Positions 30,801 to 39,800 of a stretch of DNA of 44,084 bases are shown here, piece after piece (the stretch's first letter is position 1; each line of letters starts with the position of its first letter). The notes beneath the pieces were generated by a model that ran no database searches, was not told where the DNA came from, and was given only the letters and a program-made list of their open reading frames with translations. The translations under genes were made by a program, and so were the position numbers. The DNA comes from a bacterium (lineage in GTDB: Bacteria > Bacillota > Clostridia > Christensenellales > CAG-917): NCBI GenBank assembly GCA_963620965.1, contig CAVFCJ010000001.1, positions 1 to 44,084 on the forward strand, read 5' to 3'.

Positions 30801-33800
30801 TAGCCGAGAATGCTGTCGTCTTTGACGAGCGGGAAGGTGCTTTCCTCTTCGTCCGCAGCCGCTTGTGCGTCGGCGGATGTCGAAGCAAGAACGCTGCTCA
30901 CGAGTTTGCGGATTTCGTTTGCGTCGACGCGCAAAGACGGAATGTTGAAGTAACTGAGGTCAACAAACAAGCCGCCGTTTACGCGCTTGTAGTTGCCATT
31001 TTCGTTCTTGTAGCAATAACTCGAGTCGTAGGAATACCTCGTACCTGCAAAGGTGTCGGAAGTTATGTACTTGTACTCGCCTGTTGTTTCGTCGAGATAG
31101 TAACTGCCGTTCTTCGTTTCGAAGTAGTGGTCGTATCTCTCGCTCGGGTCGACGTAGTTTTCGCCCGTTACGTTGGTCTTTTCGTCTGGCGAGAGCAACT
31201 CGAACGTGCCGCCCACCATATAAATGCCGAGCATATCGTGGTATTCCGTGTCGTTGCCGCCCTTCGTTTGAAGTCTAACGCTTAGGTTGACGTAACTTGC
31301 GATGTCCGCAATCAAACTTACCAACTGATCGGTGTTGTTCTTAAATTGTTCGATGACTTGTTTAAGCAAATCGATGACTGCAAACAAATCCATATCGCCG
31401 TCGAATTGATCGCCGTCGGCAGTGTACTTGACAAGTTCGGTGCGCATGAAGTTGAGCAATGCCGCAACTTGAATGTCAACGTCCAAAACCAGTTGCAATG
31501 AACGATTTACGTCGCCACCGTCGTCCGCTTGCGCCTTGATGACGAGCAGTTGCTCGTCGGTGAGGCTCGGGAAGAACGCTTGAAGCACTGCGCTCAAATC
31601 GATGTCGTTGTCGTTGCCGCTCTTGAATTGCGTTGTGATGTCAATGGTTTCGCTGAGCGTGAAGCGATCGACGTCGTCCATATTGGTATACTCTGCAAGT
31701 TCGTCGCCGCTGAGGACATATGTGCGAGAGTTGGTGAATGCGACGTTGAGATTCTTGATTGCAAGTCCGAGTTCGAGCGTCATGTCGTACTTGCCGCCGT
31801 CACTGACGTATGCATTGTTTGCAACTGCGCCCGCATCGTACTTATAAATCACAACCGATGTTTTGCCGTCTTCGAGCATCGGATATTTGGTCGTGTCGAG
31901 TTTTTGGCTGCCGTCGCCCTTTTCGTTGTCGACAACTTTGAGCAAATACGGAGTATTTACGCCTTCGTCAAACGCAACTTTGTACTTGGCATAGCGATCG
32001 CTTGCTCCTACGCTGTTTGCTTCCTTAGAGGTGATTGCACGGACATAGTTGCCGTTGTCGCTCTTGATGTAGTTGCCGTTTGCGTCTTGTCTGAAAACAT
32101 AGTATTGTGCGCTGTTGACTTTGCTTGCAAGGCTTGCCTTTTCTGCATCCGTTCCCGCATAGTCGGAATCTTTGTTGTATCTGTCGCCGTCAAGACCGAG
32201 CGCAACGTCAACCGAGAGGTTGAGGCTGTCCGACGTATTGAGTTCGACTTGCAATCCGCCGTTGAGTTCGTTATAGAACAATTCCTTGATGTCGAATCCG
32301 AGCAAATCTTCGGGGATATATTCGAGGATGGTGTCAAAGAGTTTGTCGCCGAGTTTCAAGGTGAGCAAATCTCTGTTGATGAGCATCGAAAGAGCAAGGT
32401 CTCTGTCGCTGAGGTCAACCGTGCTTGTTTGTGCGCCGCTTGCCACAAGCGCTTCGCTCGTGGACGAGGCTTGCGCTCCGCCCGCAACGAAGTATTCGTC
32501 ATCCGAATCGAAGTCGATGATGTAGTCTTTGAGAATTTCTGCGATGTTAAGACCGCCGATCGCGAACTTTTGAATGTTGAACGCTTCTTCGAGGTTGACG
32601 TAAATCGTGTTGTTGATGTAGTATGCACCGAGCCACAAACTCTCATAACCGGTTTCTGTCTCGTTGATAAGTTCTATTTTGAGTTCGGACTTTGTGAGAT
32701 CGTAAATGTCAACCATCAGCGACACGTCAAGTCTGAAGTGCGCGGAAGAATAACCCTTCGCAGTAGAGGGCATTTCAATCACAACGCCGGTGAGGTCGCC
32801 GATTATGCTGCTCAAAATCTTGCCGAGGTCGAGCGTGCCTTCGGTGATGCCGAGTTCGAGTTCAACCGAGAAGCCCACTGTGATGATGGTGTCGTAGAAC
32901 ATATTTGTCGGGACATCTTCAAAGGCATACGAATTCTTGGTTTCGTCGGTGTACTCGATTTCCTTGCCGTCGTTGAAATAGGAGTGCGCTTTGCCGTCGC
33001 GGATGTATGCGGGGAGCAATTCATCGCCTGCGCCGAAGCCTATTTCGATTCCGCCGAGTTTGAGACCCATATTGACGCAACCGATTGCGATGTCAAGCCC
33101 AAGATAGTAATCGCTGATTTGGTCGTAGAGGTCGATTGTTCTGTAATATTCGCCGTTTTCGTCCTTGACGTAGCCGAACAGACGAGTTCTCAACTGCTCG
33201 ATTTGTCTTTCTTCGCCGCCAAAGCGGATATATGTGTTGCCTGCGATGTAAGTGTCGGTGACGCTTTCAACGCCGTCCGTTCTTCTGTACATTCTGTAAC
33301 TGCGCAAACTTACGGGTTTGTCGATGTTTTCGACCTTCGCATAGTAGTTTGCGTTGGAATGGATGTACTTGCCTTGCACCTTGCCCGAAATCACGACGTA
33401 TTTGCCGTTTTCGAGGATTGCGTAGGTCTTGCCTGTTTCGCCGTTGCCGTCCTCGAATCTGTGTTTCTCGCCGTCAACCGGTGTGACGTTGTCGCCATCG
33501 ACCGTCACTTCGTAAACGTACGTCGTGCTTGCAAGATAGTATGCGTTGCCTGCAACATAGTAGGTGTCCGTTGCGGGTGTATTGCTGTAATCTTCGGTTG
33601 TGTACTTCTTGTATCTGTCGCCCTTGTACTCGTTTTGGAATTTATTGTACAAATCGAGATCGGTTGCTTTCAAATCATCCACGCTCTTGTACACGGGTTG
33701 ACCGAGATCGACGCCCAAAGAGATGTTGAACACGTCAAACACTTCTTCGAGAGATCCGAGATCGGGCAGGAACGTTGCAAGCACAAACGAGAGCAACGCT

Positions 33801-36800
33801 TTGGTGATTTGGATTTGGAATTGAGAATCGCTGTATGCGAGCAACAACACCGCGTCGCGTTGGATCGAACGATTTTGCACGCTGTCGCTTGCCGTTTGCG
33901 CGCCGTTTTCTTCATTGTCACCGCCGATCGAGCCGAGTTTGTCAACGACTTTCTTTGCAAAGTCAATGAAGTTTTCAATCTTCGAGTAGTTTTCCGCAGT
34001 GGAAACAAGGCCCGTGAGGTCAAGATAGAGCGTGCCGCCACTCAAATACAAGCCGCCCAGCACCTTTTCGTTGCCGTTGCCGATTTCGTTTGCGGTGTCG
34101 TATTTTGCAAAGTAGCCCTTGTCGTCAACTTCGACAAATTCGATTGCGAGTTCCACTTTGCTCATATCGCTGTTGTTGATGAAGTCGCCAAACGAACCGC
34201 CCGACGCAAGTCCTTGCAAATCGAGTGCCGCAAGGTCGATGTTTGCCGAAACTCTCAAACCGATGCCTACGTTGAATGCGGACAACGTTTGCAAATTGAT
34301 AATCATATCGCGGAACGCATTGGGAAGCAAACCGCCTGCATTGACGACTTCCGCGCTTGAAGAATTGAAGTAAATCAAGCCGCTTACGCTCAGAGATACG
34401 TTTTGATCCTGATATGCGCTCTTTCCGCACTTGTTGTAGAGTTTGACTTCGCTTGCAAGAGCATTGCGAGTGACATCGTTGCCGTCTGCGTCCTTTTCGG
34501 TGACTGTCATCGGAATGTCGACTCTCGAATAGAACGTGTCTCTTGCGAGTGCGGAAGCGTCGTTCTTGTTGACATAGATGTCGTTTTCAACGTCATAGAC
34601 ATAGTTGCCGTTGGAGTCAACGTTGTATTTGACGGTGTATGCGTATTGCTTGCCGTCCTCGCCCGTCTTTACGGTTGCGTAGGAGCGAGAATACATTTGA
34701 ACGTCTGTGAGATCCTCTTTGGCATAACGCTTCGTGCCTTCGGGGAGGACTTCTCCGTCGTTTATGAGCCTATATTCGCCGTCCTCGCCAAGAATGTATG
34801 CACCGTTTGCGTCAACCGTGAAGTTGGGCTTGCGGTACATGCCCGTCTTGAGCAAGTATTCGCCGTTTGCGTCCGTGTCGAACGCATAGTATATTGCATT
34901 GTCGGTGAGATCCTTTTCTCTTTCGTAGTTTTCACCGCTGAATCCGCCGATCAATTTGACGATGTTTTCGATGTAGTCGTCAAGCGAAATGAATTCGAGT
35001 TTGTCGTCGTTGTCTAGAAGCGGTTGGTTTGTATCGACGCTGATAAGACCGACTTTTGCGTCAAGTCCGAGATTGAGGTCGATGAGATATTGAGAATCCG
35101 AAGAAAGGTTACCCTCGGAATCGATCGGGGCTTTCTTGTTTGCAAATGCGAGTTTGAGTTGCAAAGCGAGCGATTCGTTCATGCCGTACGCTTTGAACTT
35201 ATCCGTTTGCGGATATAGGAACAAACCGCTTTGAGATTCGTCCATAACCAAATTGTCGGAATCGACAACCGTTTCAAACAACATCGAGAACAAGTCGTTG
35301 AGGAAGTTTGAACGCACAAACACGCCCAAGTATTTTATTCTCTTGACGCCGTCGTCGCCTATCCACGGCTTGCCTGCAAGCACGATCTTCGACACGATCA
35401 TGTTGAGGATTGTGCCGACGCTCGAGTTGCCGTCTGTCATATCCGCCGCCGTGCTTGCGTCGCTGTTGCCGCCGAGTTCCACGCCGAGTTTTGCAAGCAA
35501 GTCGAGCAAATCGACCTGTATACGCGGACCGCCGATGCCTTCCAAATCGGCAAATACTACGCCGTCTTCGAGATAGACGCCGATTTTGGTGTTGCCTTCA
35601 GCTTCATAGTCGAAAGTGATGCCGATGTACGCTTCCAAGCCTTTGAGGATGGTTTCGATGTCAAGATTGAGATTGTTAAGGTCTATCTTCGACAAGTCTT
35701 CCATGCCTATCTTTTGGAGGTTGAGTCTTGCCTTGACGTCGAGTTTGAAACCGTCGTCCATCTTGTCGGAAAGCACGAGATTGAGTCCCAAACGTTTGAG
35801 CAAATCGCCGACGCTGAACTTGTTTTGTTGCACTTCGAATCCGATTTCCTCATTGTCTGTGTTGATGCGAATCTGCGGAAGCATGGTTGCAAGAATGTCT
35901 TGCAAACTGTCCATGTTGAGGAGAATGTCGAGCAATTGGTCTAATGCGAAACCTTCGCGGACGTATGTGCCGTTGTTGTCTTGCACAAATCTTTGCTCGT
36001 TTGTGCTGTACGAATATCTATCAAGCGGCGAAACTGCTTCGAGAGCGCGCTGGTCGGTGACGAGAGTGTACGTTGCGCTTGCATAGTAGTCGACGATCAA
36101 ACTGAGGTCGATTGCGATGATATGCGCATTGGTCATCGATGTGTAGTAACTTCTATACTCGCCGTCTTCCGCTTCAACGAACGCGCCGCCGACTTTCTTG
36201 TACTTCGTGCCGGTGTAATTTGCCTTTTCGTCTGTCGTCAAAAGGACAAACTTATCCTCGCCCCTTATACCCTTTTGCGCTTTTTCGCGAATGGTTGCGT
36301 ATGCGCTGCTCGTTGTGCCGGTTGCAATATCGATATTGTCAACGCTCACACCTAGTGCGAGGAGGTTGCTGTCGATATTAACGTCTATCGCAATTGACGG
36401 GTCAAGTTGCAAATCAACACCAACGGAAATGTCGAGGTCGAGTTTTTCAATGATTTCGGCAATGTCAAGGCTGCTGCCGCCTTCTTCGCTGTCGTTTTGC
36501 GTGAGAGCCGCAATAAGTCCCACAAGGACGTTTTGCATGACGAGTACGCCGAGTTTGCCGTCCGCAATGTTGAGGATGAGTTGCATTTGCTCGTCCGCAC
36601 TGTTGGAGAGCAATTCGTCCGCCGCCGTGGACGCGTCGCCGCCATTAATGATGGAATTGAGATCGCCGAGTGCGTCCGTGATGAACTTGCAGAGCACGTC
36701 GCAGAGGTTTGTTCCTTCGAGATAAATAGGCTCGCGACCGAGACTTCCGAAGTCGAAATAGATCTTCTCGCCTTCGACGAAAGCTGCTAATATATTCTTA

Positions 36801-39800
36801 TTTGTTATTTTATTTTTAATTTCAAGAACAATATTGCTATCGTTCGGCTCGTTGAGCGCGAGGTTTGCGCCGAGACTCACTCCGAGATTGTATTCGATGT
36901 CGTCAAACACATCCAGCCCGAGTTTGATGCCGAGTTCGGAAGCAAACAAATCGATGTATTTTTCAAGACGGATTTGCTCGTCTTGTCCTTTGAGTTGCAA
37001 ATCGAGTCCGAGATCGACGTTGAGAGAAAGCGTATTGAGATTTTCCGCCGTCGTATAGATGGTCGGGTCGAAATCCTCGGGCAATACGCCGTTTTCTTTG
37101 CCGAGCGCGAGTTTTACGGAACTGAGTTCCAAACCGACGTACGCGGGGTCGATTTGAAGATTGAGTACGAGTTTATAATCGTTCTTCCACGCAAACGCAA
37201 GATAACTTCTGTCCGAATTGAGTTTGATGAATTTTTCCGGGTCGACTTGCTTGCCTGCGAGCATTTGGACGAGGGTTGTCACAAGTCCTTCCGCAAAGTT
37301 GATTTGCAAACCTTCGGTGTCAACGCCGACATAACTTATGATGCCGCCAAGCACTTTGCCGAGAATACCCATAAGGTCGATTCCGCCGCCCTCATCTGCC
37401 GCTACGGCTGCCGTGCCGCCGGCGCTGCTCGAATCGTCGGTCATCAAACCGCCGATCAATGCGCCCAGATCGATGTTGGACAATGCAAGATGGAAGTCAT
37501 CGCTCAAATCGAGGTAGACCGTGCTTACCGATTGACCTTGCGCGTTTTCACCCGTGCTTTGCAAACGCAATGCGAGGATAACGTGTTCGAGTCTTTCGGC
37601 ATTAGACATCTTGTCCACAAGAGTCATCTTCTCGTTGTAGATTTCGATTGCAATGTCGCTGTGAGATACGATGTATGCTATGTCGAGCAAACTTGCCGCA
37701 GTGTAAATTTGTTCGTTTGCATATTGTTCTTGATTTTCGTCGGTGACGTTGATCTTGACATAGTTTCCGTCAACGAGGACGTAACCTTCGCCTCTGTAAT
37801 TGAGATCAGTCACTTCTGTGAGCGCAATGCCGCACGCAATATATTGTTTGAGATATACGTCACCCTCGAACGTATTGCGTTCGTCGTCGGTGAGAAGGAC
37901 GTATTTCGCACCGCTGAGTTTGTAGACTTCGACGTATTTTGCGAGGTCTGCAAGTTTTGAACTTTCATACTTCTTGAACACTACGTTTTGAGTGAGGTCA
38001 ACGGGAACGTCGGGATTGAGATGTGCGTTGAGAGCAATGCGGAATCCGATGTTTGCGCCCGCTTCGACAGGCACTTTGTAGGTGAGAAGAAGTTGTCTTA
38101 TGAACGAATTGAGTTCGGGATTGCTGTCATCGAGGAAGGAAGCAATCCATTCGCCGAGCGTCCAAGACTTGTTGCCTTGAAGCGCGCCGACCGTAAACGT
38201 GCCTTGAATTTCGGCGTAAATACTGGGAATGGTGATGTCGCCGTAGTCGTTGAACAATTCAACGTCTTCGAACACGTTGCCTTCGCTTTGAACGTAGGCA
38301 GTCATTTCTTGCATTTTTTGTCCGTCGCGGACAATCTTGATGGATTCGACCGCGTCACCGCCGATTTCGAGGTTGAGCGGAGCGAGCGTAATGCCGTCCT
38401 CCCCTTTTACGACCGTGCCGATATAGATTTCCGCGCCACCGATTTGTTGACCTGCGTCATTGTTGACGTCAAGCGCGATACGGATGGGTTTGTTGTCGAA
38501 TTTATCTTTTACGCTCGCCCAAGCGATTTGCGCCCAAGCGGTGATATCGCTTGCGTCGATTCCTATGAGTTGATAAAGGATATCGGTCAAACCTTTTGCG
38601 ATTTGCAATTTAACATTGTCGGAAGAAAGCGCCGCGATAATGTCGAGAGCAAGAGCCTTCCTTGCATCGGCAGCGCCTTGATCGACAAAGTCTTCCGCCG
38701 CCATTGCTTCCGCACCGACCGAGCCGTTGACTGTAACGGCCGAGTCTTTTGCAAGCAATGCGAGAATGACCTCATAGAGGTCAATGTCCGTTCTGACCTT
38801 ATCCAAACCGAAGTTGCTCGCGTCGATGTAGAGCGAACCGCCCGTGTAATAAAGTCCGAGCAAAACTTCGCGTTCGGCAGTCGCTTGACCGCTGATATCG
38901 CTTGACTTTTTGCCCGTAAGTTCGATCAACAGCTCGCTGACGTTACCATTCGTGTTGATTTGGGGTGCGCCGAGCAAGTATTCTACGATAGGCGAAAGGT
39001 CGAGTTGACCCGCAACGCGCAACTCGTAGTTGAGATCCATCGGCTCATCGAATGCGAGAGTCGCTTTGGTTATGTTTTCTTCTTGATATATGCCGTCGGA
39101 ATCTTTGTAATAAAGTTTGCCGCTATATCCGTCGGGAACAGGCGTTTCTTCGATTTCGACATACTTGCCGTTTGAATCAAGCCAATATTTACCCTCGCCA
39201 AACACGAGTTCTCTTGCGCCTTGATCTGCCGCGAAGTCAAGACCGAGCGTAAGGTCGAGTCCGATGAAGGGATATTCGAGAATCTCGGTGAAATCGTCGC
39301 CTTGACGATTGTCTTTGACAAGATAATCCGTCGCTTTGTCGTTCAAACCTGCGGACAAGCCGTTGAGCGACACGTTGAGGTTGACATTGTTGCCCAAAGA
39401 TACAAACACGCCAAGTTGAAGTTCGGTCAAATTGAGCCCGTCGTTGAGCGCGAGGCGGATTCCGCCGTCGAATTCGGTGCTTGCAAATTCAATCTTTACG
39501 CCGTCGATGTCGAGAAGTCCGAGGACTTGTTCGAAGAGGTTGGAAGCAAGCACTATTTCAAGAGCGTGATTGCCGAGTTTTAATCCGTCGACGATGCCCG
39601 CCACAAATCCGAGCACTTCATTGACGTTCATGCCGCCGTCTTCTTCGGTTTCATCTGCAACGAGAGCCTGATTGCTCGACGAATCGTTCGAATCCGAGCC
39701 GATCAAGTCGATGAGTTCTCTGACGTTGAGCTTGATTTGTTTTGCACTTATGCAGAGAATGTCCGCTTTGAGATACACCCAACCATCTTGCAAATAAAGC

